56,740 nt of DNA from Nitrososphaerales archaeon (GCA_046759645.1 JBHICO010000003.1:1-56740), one strand, 5' to 3'. Shown: positions 9,695-19,351, counted from the stretch's first letter. Program-made: numbers and translations. The notes: generated by a model from the sequence alone, not told the origin.

Positions 9695-10450
9695 ATGCCA
9701 AAATGGTATGTGTTGCTAACGCTGTTGATCGTCTTTGCTAACCAGTCATATACACAGGGCATAAGTGAATCGATAAGCGTAGCAAATCTTACTATGATGG
9801 ATCAGGATGGAACGATCCAGGCATTACTTACAAACAATACTGATGCTAAACAAAATTTTGTGTATATAGTGCAGGTCAAAGATTCCAATGGTTATACGGC
9901 GCAACTTGCATGGGTAGAGGCAATGCTACAATCAAGGGAATCACTCCCGATAATGTATCATTTAACAATCGAAGCGCAGGATTCATACACTGTTGAAATT
10001 TTTGTGTGGAGGAGTATCGGTGACCCAATACCGCTTTCCTATGCTCACACTTCTTATACTTTCAATTCTTTGAATCACACATATCCATGCAAAGGTGTTG
10101 GTGCCTGCTTCGAGGGAAGGGTCACTAGGATAGTTGATGGTGATACTTTAGATGTTGATGGAAAGCGAATTAGCCTTGCACTTGTTGACGCACCAGACAG
10201 GGGGGAGCCTGGTTATACTGAGGCTGCAAAGTTCACATCTGCAATATGCCCAGGAGGTTCAGCAGTACTAGTGGATCAAGATGGCAAGCAGATGAATGAT
10301 AGCTATGATACGATGATTGCTGTTGTTTATTGTGATGGTGCTTTGCTTAACGCAGAACTGCTCTTCGCAGACCACGGTATCATAATGAAGAACCTCTGCA
10401 GCCTTAGCGAGTTTGGTGATGAAGAGTGGGCAATGTTGTTTGGATGTTAA
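9695..10450 (+). CDS. secreted protein with C-terminal staphylococcal-nuclease (SNase/thermonuclease)-like domain
   Basis: Signal-like N-terminus MPKWYVLLTLLIVFANQSYTQG. The C-terminus GRVTRIVDGDTLDVDGKRISLALVDAPDRGEPGY...AELLFADHG matches the SNase OB-fold pattern. The track start at 9686 is a TTG, so I used the ATG at 9695. Confidence 0.7.
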   Translation: MPKWYVLLTLLIVFANQSYTQGISESISVANLTMMDQDGTIQALLTNNTDAKQNFVYIVQVKDSNGYTAQLAWVEAMLQSRESLPIMYHLTIEAQDSYTVEIFVWRSIGDPIPLSYAHTSYTFNSLNHTYPCKGVGACFEGRVTRIVDGDTLDVDGKRISLALVDAPDRGEPGYTEAAKFTSAICPGGSAVLVDQDGKQMNDSYDTMIAVVYCDGALLNAELLFADHGIIMKNLCSLSEFGDEEWAMLFGC

Positions 10451-10666
10451 CTATTTTACAACTGTTATAGTCTGGGTCGATCTGACTTTCGGTATCTTTC
10501 TCATCTTTTCACGGATAACGTTCTGTACAGCATTAGGATCTCTTACATCGATTTCAACGATTATGTCTGCAGCTCCTAGAACTATATGGAATTCTTCTAT
10601 GTCAGCCATATTTTTAATAACTTGGAAAGCATCCTCGTCAGACGCTGCATCTATATTTACCAACAC
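10451..10666 (-). CDS. stand-alone Lrp/AsnC-type RAM (ligand-binding) domain protein
   Basis: 71 aa and colinear with the ORF at 36887..37135 (VLVNID.., DIIVEIDV.., KIPKVRSTQT). There is no HTH part. GTG start, with an in-frame stop 6 codons upstream. Confidence 0.6.
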   Translation of the reverse strand: MLVNIDAASDEDAFQVIKNMADIEEFHIVLGAADIIVEIDVRDPNAVQNVIREKMRKIPKVRSTQTITVVK

Positions 10667-10717
10667 ATAGGCTTTTGATATTCAATCCAATAACAGTTCT
10701 AGAATAAAACTTTACAC

Positions 10718-11578
10718 TTAACCATAGGATTCATACCTTATGTCATGGGAGCCATCAGGTCTCTTCTTCCTTTCTTCCACAAATCCTTTCGGACCAAGGT
10801 ACTGCATCGCACCGTCAATAGTTCCTTGCCAACCACAAAGGTAGAACATGGTATTTTCTCGCGTAATTTTCTCACCAACAAGCTCTTCAAGGGGTGACTT
10901 GCCTGAACTATCTGGTTTTAGAAACGTCTCGACTCTTCCCTTATGTCCTCCCCAGGATCTGTTTAGATGTTCATCGGGTCTGCTTATGCTTGCTCTATAC
11001 TTGAAATTCCATTTATCACGTCCCTTGTCTATACTCTCCTCTTCCAATTGTGACAGCAGTTCCCTATAACCAAGTTCGTCAACGTAACTTGCACCATGTA
11101 AAACCACGAGCTCCCTTTTGTCACCTCTTGCTTTTAGATGTAAACTAAAACTGGTGAATGGAGCAAGCCCAGTACCTCCTCCAATCATAACTATACGTCT
11201 TGTGTCTTGCGTTCCATCGGATTTTTTGTCTAGAATTCCAAAAGGTCCTGTTGGTTTTATCCAGTAAATCTCATCCCCTTCCTTCTTCTCGAAAAGCTCA
11301 GTTGTAAGTCTCCCAGGTACGGGTTTTTTTACCCAGCGAATGTAAAGTTCAAAATACTTTTTCTGTTCGGGGGGTGAGGCAATAGAATAGGCTCTCCTAA
11401 TTATTTTTCCTCCTTCACTCTTGACCGGCAAGCCAAGTGTGACAAATTGGCCCGCCTTGAAGTCAGGAATTGGACCATTCTCTGCGTTTATCTTGAAGAT
11501 AGAAAGATCATCCTTCAAGACTCGGATGTATGTGATAATTCCTTTATTGTCAACCACCAAATCTGCCCAAACCTTCAA
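10718..11578 (-). CDS. ferredoxin-NADP+ reductase-type flavoenzyme
   Basis: FAD motif RRAYSIAS, NAD(P) motif GGGTGLAP and YLCG near the C-terminus. 286 aa. Confidence 0.85.
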   Translation of the reverse strand: MKVWADLVVDNKGIITYIRVLKDDLSIFKINAENGPIPDFKAGQFVTLGLPVKSEGGKIIRRAYSIASPPEQKKYFELYIRWVKKPVPGRLTTELFEKKEGDEIYWIKPTGPFGILDKKSDGTQDTRRIVMIGGGTGLAPFTSFSLHLKARGDKRELVVLHGASYVDELGYRELLSQLEEESIDKGRDKWNFKYRASISRPDEHLNRSWGGHKGRVETFLKPDSSGKSPLEELVGEKITRENTMFYLCGWQGTIDGAMQYLGPKGFVEERKKRPDGSHDIRYESYG

Positions 11579-11677
11579 AGTAAACCCTAATTCAGATTAT
11601 AAAAATCTTTATAGTACTTGGAAATTTATGAATTGTTATTTTATGATATCCGTTTAAAGTTGCTCGCAAAAAAGGAG

Positions 11678-12403
11678 CTAAACCTTGCTTGTGACTCTAA
11701 TGTGAGGTCTAAATCTGTCCCAGAAGCTACCGAATATTGTTCCAAGTAAGAACCAGAACAGAGTTACCGTTAAAGCACTTGCAATCCTGAAATTATTAAC
11801 TAGATCAGTTGTTGTGGTTAACGTGTCTGGGCTTGTAGGCATAATAACAAATACAACTGAAATGTAAAACGCATACAATGCAGGTACCGCGAACTTTCTA
11901 TAGTTTCTGCCATGTAGTTTTTTGTACATAAATGCTAATCCTAATGAACCCAAACCTGAGGCTACTATTAAAACCAAGTACAAGGATTGTCTGTAGTAAA
12001 TGGTCTCTGGATCGCCAATTGCTGGAGGGTTAGCGGGATACTTTAGAAACGGTATCAGGAAGATCGTGAACCACATAATAGCTGCCAAGAACAGTCCCTT
12101 CTTCCTGCCATTTGAACCGGGTAGAGAAGACCATGAAAATGCGTATACGAGAGCGAATAGAGAACCCAATGAAAGTCCTAGTATGCCACCAGCTAATACC
12201 TGACCGCCCTTCTGCCATGTTCTGTACTGTACAATCTCCTCAGGAGAACCAACGTCTTCGCCATCTGCAGTAGCATTTTCGATTTCAAGATCGATTGCTT
12301 GATCGATAAAAGGTTCCGTTACAAATAGATTGATGCCACCATGGATTAAACCGCTAATTACTCCTGCAAATAATGCTGTGCCTATGAAAACTGCAAGCCT
12401 CAA
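11678..12403 (-). CDS. cbtA: CbtA-like putative cobalt transporter subunit
   Basis: Multi-TM protein with the CbtA-like segment FLKYPANPPAIGDPETIYYRQSLY. It lies 13 nt downstream of cbtB on the same strand. Confidence 0.7.
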   Translation of the reverse strand: MRLAVFIGTALFAGVISGLIHGGINLFVTEPFIDQAIDLEIENATADGEDVGSPEEIVQYRTWQKGGQVLAGGILGLSLGSLFALVYAFSWSSLPGSNGRKKGLFLAAIMWFTIFLIPFLKYPANPPAIGDPETIYYRQSLYLVLIVASGLGSLGLAFMYKKLHGRNYRKFAVPALYAFYISVVFVIMPTSPDTLTTTTDLVNNFRIASALTVTLFWFLLGTIFGSFWDRFRPHIRVTSKV

Positions 12404-12416
12404 TTATATCACTTTC

Positions 12417-12629
12417 CTAGTGGCAAGGAAAGCCCGCTGCATGACGCATATCATGATACAATTCATGCAGGTAAAGATCTTCGAATGCTTGTTCGCCCAT
12501 CGCGATGCTGAACAAATGTCCCTGATCGTATCCAACTATGAACATTCCGAATGATAGTGTTGTAAGTAGAATGCCTATTGCAAGTGCAGGCACCCTTACA
12601 CTTTCGATACTTACCTGCCTTGTTGACAT
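12417..12629 (-). CDS. cbtB: CbtB-like putative cobalt transporter subunit
   Basis: 70 aa, one TM helix and the His-rich C-terminal signature HELYHDMRHAAGFPCH, typical of CbtB. Confidence 0.75.
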   Translation of the reverse strand: MSTRQVSIESVRVPALAIGILLTTLSFGMFIVGYDQGHLFSIAMGEQAFEDLYLHELYHDMRHAAGFPCH

Positions 12630-12775
12630 TCCAAATTGGAATTAGTTATAGAATATTTAAGGTTTAGGATGGTTTGTCCAATATATAAGTAAATGATTTT
12701 TGATTTCTGTTCAAACAACGCCATCTTCTGTCAGGTGTTCAATGGTGTCACCTTGCAATAATGCCCAACATTAAT

Positions 12776-13420
12776 TCAATAATGCTGTTTCTCGTGAGTT
12801 GCAATCGTAAACAACGCAGCACTCTTTGCACCAAGTTCGGCGGTTATTTTAGTCGAAGCACTTCCAATTATTATGACATCATAGTCCCTCGGCTGTAACC
12901 TTGACAATAGCAGGTCTCGTATGGTGGGTTCCTTGTTCAAACAGTCATGGCTGCCTTTGGGCATCATGAATTTATTGTCTTTAAATAGCAATGTTGTAGC
13001 CCCAACTCCTCCAAATTTTACTACCGCATCCCTTTGTTCTATACCACTTGTAACCGCGAAGGCATAATCTCGTAATAAAACAGCATGGTTGTAACTACCC
13101 ATAGTAATAGAGTTTAGTGGAATCTCAGCTTCGGCCGGTAACGCAGAATGCAAATTGGTTGATAATTTTTTGCCTTTGCTGGTCAAACAGCAACCAGCCT
13201 TTCTTGTTTCAATTATCTTGTTTGCTTTAAGATGTTTTATCAGCGTTTTGACTGAACCTTCTCCCAAACCAAGTGCCTTTACAAGAAACGCACGACTTAC
13301 GTATTCATTCTTCTGCAATAATTGAAGGGATTTTAATACATGTGCAGTGTTAAAAGAAAGAATCCTGCTGGGACCAGACCGAGATATTATCCTTTCCAGC
13401 AATTTGATATACATATGCAT
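12776..13420 (-). CDS. putative winged-helix DNA-binding protein with uncharacterised C-terminal domain
   Basis: The N-terminal half resembles a wHTH (YVSRAFLVKALGLGEGSVKTLIKHLKANKIIETRKAG). The C-terminal domain was not recognised. Confidence 0.45.
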   Translation of the reverse strand: MHMYIKLLERIISRSGPSRILSFNTAHVLKSLQLLQKNEYVSRAFLVKALGLGEGSVKTLIKHLKANKIIETRKAGCCLTSKGKKLSTNLHSALPAEAEIPLNSITMGSYNHAVLLRDYAFAVTSGIEQRDAVVKFGGVGATTLLFKDNKFMMPKGSHDCLNKEPTIRDLLLSRLQPRDYDVIIIGSASTKITAELGAKSAALFTIATHEKQHY

Positions 13421-13474
13421 GAGGTAAAATAGAAATTGTTATTTAAGAAAGTAACTGTAAGTGTTAGAATGAAA

Positions 13475-14239
13475 CTAAAGTCTGATCTCGCCGCCATCAA
13501 CAATGATAGTCTGACCGGTAATGTAACTGGAATCATCTGAAGCCAAGAAGACTACAAGGTTAGCTATTTCCTCTGGCCTGCCAAACCTTCCTAAGGGGAT
13601 AGCTTTCATCAATTCATTTTTCTGTTCTTCTGTATAATTCCTGAGATTTGCTTCTGTACCAACAGAGCCCGGTGCAATTGCATTGATCAATATCTCCGGC
13701 GCCAATACTGGAGCCAGCGAGCGGACTAATGCCCTTACAGCTGTCTTCGCAAGTGTAAACCCTAGGCCTATAGGATCACCCGAAACGCCTGGCGTTGAAC
13801 TTATGAGAATTATCTTCCCATTTCTCTGCTTTCTCATATATGGAACAATAGCCTTTATGCAATGGTACGATCCTTTGAGATCGGTATTCCACGGATCGTC
13901 CAACATTTCGTCCGTAAGATTTAGTGGATCCGTATGCCAGTACTCTTTTTTAGCTGGAAAACCCGCATAAGCAACTACGATATCTACTCTCCCAAATGTT
14001 CTTATTGCAAGATCAACTATCGATTTTACCTCATCGTATTTGGAAACATCTGCCCTCGCTATCAACCCTTTTGAGCCCATGCCCCTGATCTCTTCCGCTA
14101 TGTTCTTCGCATTATCCTCAGAACTAGAGTAGTGTACTACAATATTACCGCCTTCTTTAGCAAATTTTAATGCAGTGACACGTCCCATACCACCACTTGC
14201 ACCGGTGATAAGCGCAACTTTGCCTTCTAATTTGCCCAT
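13475..14239 (-). CDS. short-chain dehydrogenase/reductase (FabG-like)
   Basis: TGASGGMG cofactor motif, the NAG-like segment and the PG motif (IAPGSV). The expected YxxxK reads FTLAK (see findings). Confidence 0.85.
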   Translation of the reverse strand: MGKLEGKVALITGASGGMGRVTALKFAKEGGNIVVHYSSSEDNAKNIAEEIRGMGSKGLIARADVSKYDEVKSIVDLAIRTFGRVDIVVAYAGFPAKKEYWHTDPLNLTDEMLDDPWNTDLKGSYHCIKAIVPYMRKQRNGKIILISSTPGVSGDPIGLGFTLAKTAVRALVRSLAPVLAPEILINAIAPGSVGTEANLRNYTEEQKNELMKAIPLGRFGRPEEIANLVVFLASDDSSYITGQTIIVDGGEIRL

Positions 14240-14271
14240 GTTTGCATCATAGTTGGCGTAATATTATACCT

Positions 14272-14598
14272 TTATGGCTTATTTCCTGCCAACTTGTTGA
14301 TTATGTTAGCCAGCTTGAAATCGTAGTTGCTTATACCATTAACATCATGCGTTACCAGTTCGATCTTCACCTTGTTGTAAACATTAAACCATTCTGGATG
14401 ATGATTTAATTTTTCTACTTCCATTGCAACCCTCGTCATGAAGCCAAATGCTTCATTGAAATCTTTGAACTCGAGAGTTCTGGTGAGTTTTCCATTTGCA
14501 ATAATCCATCCCTCTAGCTTCGCAAGTTCATGCCTGATTTGTTCTTCTGAAAATTTCTGATAATCGTCTGACATACTTGATCGTCTCTGTATTAACAT
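14272..14598 (-). CDS. pterin-4-alpha-carbinolamine dehydratase (PCD/DCoH)
   Basis: [20 protein letters not shown] signature. The likely true start is the internal ATG at 14577 (MSDDYQKF). Confidence 0.9.
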   Translation of the reverse strand: MLIQRRSSMSDDYQKFSEEQIRHELAKLEGWIIANGKLTRTLEFKDFNEAFGFMTRVAMEVEKLNHHPEWFNVYNKVKIELVTHDVNGISNYDFKLANIINKLAGNKP

Positions 14599-14610
14599 TA
14601 AAAGCCTTAA

Positions 14611-15033
14611 CTATCCATTGATTATCTCTAGTGCCTGCTTGACACCTATCAACCCTTTAATGTCTTTTTTGGTCAAAGCTTTATAGAACAAATCCGGTCT
14701 TGTGCGCATGATGTTCAGAAACGCTGGCCATGTGACTATGTAACTGCCTCTGTAATGTGAGTTTTCTCTTACTGCAAGCAGTACCTTGCCACGGCTACAG
14801 AACTTTGCTATTTCTCTATCCACCAATATCTTGCCAAAATGTGTGACCCGAACTATATTGTCCTTGTTGAACTTTATACGTGCTCGTGTGAGTGCAACAA
14901 CGTAAACTGCATTCTTTTCATTTGGAAGAACGTTCCAATACTTGTTCTCCTTTATCGCGTTAATAAGATCTGTTATCTCCTTGTTGCTGCAACTTGGATG
15001 AATGCGCTTGTAGTGTTTTAGCAGATTTGGCAA
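14611..15033 (-). CDS. hypothetical protein (140 aa)
   Basis: Clean ORF packed 12 nt from the downstream gene. No motif recognised. Confidence 0.5.
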   Translation of the reverse strand: MPNLLKHYKRIHPSCSNKEITDLINAIKENKYWNVLPNEKNAVYVVALTRARIKFNKDNIVRVTHFGKILVDREIAKFCSRGKVLLAVRENSHYRGSYIVTWPAFLNIMRTRPDLFYKALTKKDIKGLIGVKQALEIING

Positions 15034-15205
15034 TTGACCACTAATTATATAATTAGAATAATAACCTTAATGCCTGTGGTGTTTAAGCGGATCGCAGCAG
15101 AACTGTAGATCAGACCGGCCCTTCGTTTGGGCTTCGATGGTGTTTCGAATATCTAGATCTTTTAAAATTTTCGGATACCGTCTCGGTTGATGTGCAAATT
15201 TAAGC

Positions 15206-16105
15206 ATGGAACAAACAGTTGAAGAATTTTATAGGCGCGTGCTCACAAATGGGTTGTTGAACAAAGAGTTCGACCCTATCAGGTACAAGGAGGAAGTTAG
15301 AAAGGACTGGAATGAAAAAGCTTGTATTTATCATGAACATTATGTTGCACCAAGAGTCGGGCCATTCAAGAGCTTAGAGAAACTTACAGAGGCAGCAAAG
15401 TTGCGTGAGGGAGATAGGGTGTTGGACATTGCAACAGGAACTGGAATTGTTGCCATAGAGGCTCTTAAGAAGATCGGTGAGAGTGGCAAAGTAGTTGGCA
15501 TTGACATATCATCTGGGGCATTGAAGATTGCTAAGAAAGAGTTGAACAATTCACATAATGTAGAACTCCTTCAAATGGATGCTGAGGATCTAAAGTTCCC
15601 TGATCAATCTTTTGATGTTGCTTTAAGCCAGTTCGCACTTTTTTTCTTTCCAGATACACAAAAAGCATTGGCAGAGATTAAGAGGGTTCTCGTGAAGAAT
15701 GGTAGAGTTGCTGTTTCTGTTCACGGCTCTGAGGAAAACGTCCCATACTTCACTTCGATTTCAAGCTCTATTCTACATCACATTCCTGACATACGCCCAC
15801 CAGGCACACCCAATCCATACAGATTTGGCAAATGTGATGTGTTGAAAGGAGAACTCGAAAAGTGTAATTTAAAGAATATTGAGATAAAAAGCTACATCTA
15901 TACTTACAATGCTGGAACCTTTGATGATTATTGGAGGGAGTTCATGCGGTCTACTGCCAATGCGATTAGACATAGACTAGAATCTTTCGATAGTCTAATA
16001 CTTGACAAAATAAGAATTGAATCAAAGGAGAAGACTGAAAAGTTCTTGCGAGGTAATAAAATAGAGTTCCCGTGGCAGGTTCTTGTGGCATCTGCAACTA
16101 CATAA
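15206..16105 (+). CDS. class I SAM-dependent methyltransferase
   Basis: Motif I VLDIATGTG and post-I GIDIS. Methyltransferase type 11-like layout. Confidence 0.85.
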   Translation: MEQTVEEFYRRVLTNGLLNKEFDPIRYKEEVRKDWNEKACIYHEHYVAPRVGPFKSLEKLTEAAKLREGDRVLDIATGTGIVAIEALKKIGESGKVVGIDISSGALKIAKKELNNSHNVELLQMDAEDLKFPDQSFDVALSQFALFFFPDTQKALAEIKRVLVKNGRVAVSVHGSEENVPYFTSISSSILHHIPDIRPPGTPNPYRFGKCDVLKGELEKCNLKNIEIKSYIYTYNAGTFDDYWREFMRSTANAIRHRLESFDSLILDKIRIESKEKTEKFLRGNKIEFPWQVLVASATT

Positions 16106-16355
16106 ATAATAAATTCTCATACTGCCTTTTCCATGCCTTTATGATAGTATAAAATGAGGTGATCTTCTTTACGATCCTAAGTGTTAAAGTGTGAGTGCTG
16201 GATTTTTTCTGGAGCCATCCCATAATATCGCCTTCTTCTCTCTCAGGAGTTCGTCGAAAGAAGTAATGTATGGTTCTTCCTTGAAGAGCAAGTATGGCAT
16301 GACAAGGATTAAACGCGCTATAAGAGCAATTTATAGTAAGACCAGAGTTAATCAT
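16098..16355 (-). CDS. hypothetical protein (85 aa), doubtful
   Basis: The only support is an ATGA overlap with the stop of the upstream ORF 16352..16867. There is no motif, and an antisense ORF of similar size exists. Confidence 0.3.
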   Translation of the reverse strand: MINSGLTINCSYSAFNPCHAILALQGRTIHYFFRRTPEREEGDIMGWLQKKSSTHTLTLRIVKKITSFYTIIKAWKRQYENLLFM

Positions 16356-16867
16356 TTAGCAACTTCATCAAGCAGCTTCAATAATTTACTGCTTTTCTGC
16401 TTCGTGAACTCTGGCCAGTCATTTATCATGTAGGGTATGGACTTTCTAACAAAATAATTTCTATTCTCATCTGCAAGGAGATTCTTTAGGAATTCTTGAT
16501 CCTTCTCCAGATTATCCAGTACAATCTCCAGCAGAAAATTCTGGTCAGTCTGGCTTTCAAGGGGCCACTTGGTTGCAATCTTCTTCTTTAATACATGCCA
16601 TTCTATGTTGAACGCGTGTGCGAGGGGTTTAAGCAATTCCTCTGCTCGTCTGTACTCTTCCATTATGTTGGTGGGTGCGAAAGCAAATTTCTTCCATATT
16701 CTAACTTTCTTAAAGTCTCCAAAAATTACCTTCAAACTTAGTTCATCTTTAGAGACGTCTACCGTTAATCCCTTAATCTCTTCTGTTACATTAGCCTGGA
16801 GTTCAAATGCCTTTACTATTTCAAGGAAGAGTTCCAATCTAGATACCTGATTCGCCTTGCTGCTCAT
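16352..16867 (-). CDS. hypothetical protein (171 aa)
   Basis: Long ORF with protein-like composition. No motif recognised. Confidence 0.55.
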   Translation of the reverse strand: MSSKANQVSRLELFLEIVKAFELQANVTEEIKGLTVDVSKDELSLKVIFGDFKKVRIWKKFAFAPTNIMEEYRRAEELLKPLAHAFNIEWHVLKKKIATKWPLESQTDQNFLLEIVLDNLEKDQEFLKNLLADENRNYFVRKSIPYMINDWPEFTKQKSSKLLKLLDEVAK

Positions 16868-16938
16868 ACTAACTACCCTAAATAATTATTCTAAACTGTT
16901 TTGTCTTTGCAAGTAATAATGATTTGACCATTGCCGGA

Positions 16939-17607
16939 TCAGCTGTTATACGCTATTTTAATTATTTCTGAGAGTTTGTCGATAGAATAATGCGCTATAT
17001 CAAGCTGCTCTCCAGTTCCAGTGAAGTAAATGTTAGTCGCCCCTAGCAACCTGCCAGCTTTCATATCAGAGACGGAATCACCAATCATAAAGGTTCTATC
17101 ATATCTGATTGTGTTGTCAAGATGTTTCGTTATCAATGAAGCTTTTATCTCTCCAGCATCGCCGCCAGCACGTATCTCTTGAGCGCTATCTATACCAATT
17201 CGCTTATCGATATGCTTGCCAAGGCCAATGACATTTAGGTAAATGTCTATAGAAGTTATCATGCTAAAGGAAAGAACATAGATTAAATCATTCCTTTTCT
17301 TTATTTCACTTAAAACGTATTCTGCATCTTCCATCTTCTTGACGTATTTTGCAATCAGAACCTTCTCGCATTTGTCTTTTGTAGCGGCCGTCATCTCCTC
17401 TATTATCTCTTCTGGCGTTGTAGGCAGAATATTACGGAAGTAACTCGAGAAAGGTTTCAGTGTGGCTTGGTAGTGTCTAACATATTCTACATCCACCCGT
17501 ACATTCAAATCACGTTCTGCTAGCACAGAATTCATTGCAGTAACAACTACAAGATCGTTATCTTTCACCAGTGTGTTGTGAAGGTCAAATATGAAGAGTT
17601 GTTGCAT
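16939..17607 (-). CDS. HAD-superfamily hydrolase
   Basis: Motif I FIFDLHNTL (second Asp replaced by His). Motif IV GDSVSDMKAG. Confidence 0.8.
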   Translation of the reverse strand: MQQLFIFDLHNTLVKDNDLVVVTAMNSVLAERDLNVRVDVEYVRHYQATLKPFSSYFRNILPTTPEEIIEEMTAATKDKCEKVLIAKYVKKMEDAEYVLSEIKKRNDLIYVLSFSMITSIDIYLNVIGLGKHIDKRIGIDSAQEIRAGGDAGEIKASLITKHLDNTIRYDRTFMIGDSVSDMKAGRLLGATNIYFTGTGEQLDIAHYSIDKLSEIIKIAYNS

Positions 17608-17626
17608 AGTTGTTCACTCATGTATT

Positions 17627-18316
17627 TTACTTGAGCATTGAATCTAGCACAGCACTGAAAGTTGAGTATGGCTGTGCTCCAACGATCTTTTGCACCTCAC
17701 CACTAGACTCCAATATGAAGAATGTTGGTGTTCCTGTGACTCCCAGCTGTCTTCCTGTGTTCATGTTATTCTGGACTTTTCTAGCGTATTTCCCACTATC
17801 CAAACATTCATTGAAGTTGTTGTGTTCAAGATCTATCTTGGCTGCGAACTTCTTCAGATTGTGTGTGCTTGCCCAGCCCGTGTTTTCTCCATCCCAGTTA
17901 GAGTAAAGTTCGTCGTGATACTCCCAGTACCTGCCTTGGTCTTCGGCACAGTGGGCTGCCTGTGCTGCAAGTACAGAATCAGGACCTATGAACGCAAAGT
18001 CCATGAAGATAATCTTCAGTTTTCCGGTATCGACATAATTTTGCAATATATCATGCTCTGTGTTGTGGAAGTATCTGTTGCAGTTGAGACATTGATAGTC
18101 CCCATATTCTATCATTGTTACTGGTGCGTGTGGCAAACCCAGAATAGGGGAACCTGTAGAGAATATGGCTAGTCTGGAATCTTTAGCAATTGATTCAGAA
18201 TTCATATTCTTAACAACATCGATCGTGTCATCTGTAGCTGATGATGCAAGTGAAATTGCAACCACAACTATCGCAGCTGCGATGGCAGCGATAATTGCAT
18301 ATAGTTTGTTGACCAA
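17627..18316 (-). CDS. membrane-anchored DsbA-like thiol:disulfide oxidoreductase
   Basis: N-terminal TM helix (AIIAAIAAAIVVVAI), CxxC motif (CLNC) and the C-terminal GVTGTPTFF motif of the DsbA/thioredoxin fold. Confidence 0.8.
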   Translation of the reverse strand: MVNKLYAIIAAIAAAIVVVAISLASSATDDTIDVVKNMNSESIAKDSRLAIFSTGSPILGLPHAPVTMIEYGDYQCLNCNRYFHNTEHDILQNYVDTGKLKIIFMDFAFIGPDSVLAAQAAHCAEDQGRYWEYHDELYSNWDGENTGWASTHNLKKFAAKIDLEHNNFNECLDSGKYARKVQNNMNTGRQLGVTGTPTFFILESSGEVQKIVGAQPYSTFSAVLDSMLK

Positions 18317-18485
18317 TTACAAACACAGAGCAGAGGCAATACATCTCTTAAATAAACCTTGATTCCTATCTACAACAAAGAGTGGGTTGAATCAGCATAA
18401 TGCGATTATAGTGTTATTGAATTAGACATCTTCAGGCAAAGAAGTTGTTGCAAAGCGTGTTCTCACAACGGGGGGCCATTATTTG

Positions 18486-18528
18486 AATTAGTTGTAGAAA
18501 AATCTATTACCTAGATTTACAACTAATT
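18486..18528. promoter_or_regulatory. 43-bp imperfect palindrome just upstream of the phosphoesterase gene
   Basis: AATTAGTTGTA (18486-18496) is the exact inverted repeat of TACAACTAATT (18518-18528). A second inner 5-bp pairing is AATCT/AGATT. The palindrome ends 6 nt before the ATG at 18535. Confidence 0.35.
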
Positions 18529-18534
18529 GATGTT

Positions 18535-19020
18535 ATGAAAATCGGCATAATATCAGATTCACATGACCATATTGATAACATTAGGAAAGCTGTTCAATTA
18601 TTCAAAGATAATAAGGTAGACATTGTCATTCATGTAGGTGACTACGTCAACCCTGGAACCATTAAAGCATTTCAGGGGCTGAAATTGACTGGCATATTTG
18701 GAAACAATGATGGAGACAAATTCAGACTTATTAAGGCCTTTAGCCAAATAGGGGGAGAGATTAAAGGTGATTTCTGTGAGATGGAGAAGGACGGTATAAA
18801 ATTTGCAGTCTATCATGGAACTGAGCCACAGCTGAAAGATGCATTAATTGAGTGCAGAAAATATGATGTTGTAATTTATGGACATACTCATTCATTAGAA
18901 AATACAAGGGTTGGCAATACGTTGGTTCTTAATCCTGGGACAGCGCATGGATTTGGAGGTAAAGCGACAGTAGTAATATTTGATACACAAACCAAACACC
19001 CTGAATTTATAGATTTGTAA
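18535..19020 (+). CDS. MJ0936/YfcE-family metallophosphoesterase
   Basis: Motifs DSHDH, GDYV, GNNDG and GHTH in the canonical order. 161 aa. Confidence 0.9.
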   Translation: MKIGIISDSHDHIDNIRKAVQLFKDNKVDIVIHVGDYVNPGTIKAFQGLKLTGIFGNNDGDKFRLIKAFSQIGGEIKGDFCEMEKDGIKFAVYHGTEPQLKDALIECRKYDVVIYGHTHSLENTRVGNTLVLNPGTAHGFGGKATVVIFDTQTKHPEFIDL

Positions 19021-19031
19021 AATGCTTTTTA

Positions 19032-19313
19032 CTAGTCTTTGCGTGTTGACTTTTTGCTTCTTGGTGTCCACTTGAAATATGTCTGACCAAGCCTCTCTAT
19101 GGATCGTATAGGAAAGTGATCCCCCTTTGCAGCGGATTCAACGTATTTAGCGCGTAACATTTGACATATGTGATACACGGTAGTAATATCTATACCAGTG
19201 TGCTCGCTTATCTCCTCTGGCACCCATGCATCCTTGTTGTTCCTCTTTAGAAATGCTCTGATCACGTGAACCGGATCTTCTACTGCATTAAATTCTGGTC
19301 CAGGGATTGGCAA
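19032..19313 (-). CDS. small winged-helix-like protein
   Basis: EEISEHTGIDITTVYHICQMLRAKYV resembles an HTH. 93 aa. Confidence 0.5.
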   Translation of the reverse strand: MPIPGPEFNAVEDPVHVIRAFLKRNNKDAWVPEEISEHTGIDITTVYHICQMLRAKYVESAAKGDHFPIRSIERLGQTYFKWTPRSKKSTRKD

Positions 19314-19351
19314 CAGCGTGGTTTTGTACTTTTGGGTTATAAATCTTAAAA

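Noticed and set aside
12630-12775. Possible cobalamin riboswitch upstream of cbtB
   Set aside because: I could not find the conserved B12-box or a convincing multi-stem structure by eye. Such riboswitches are a bacterial feature.
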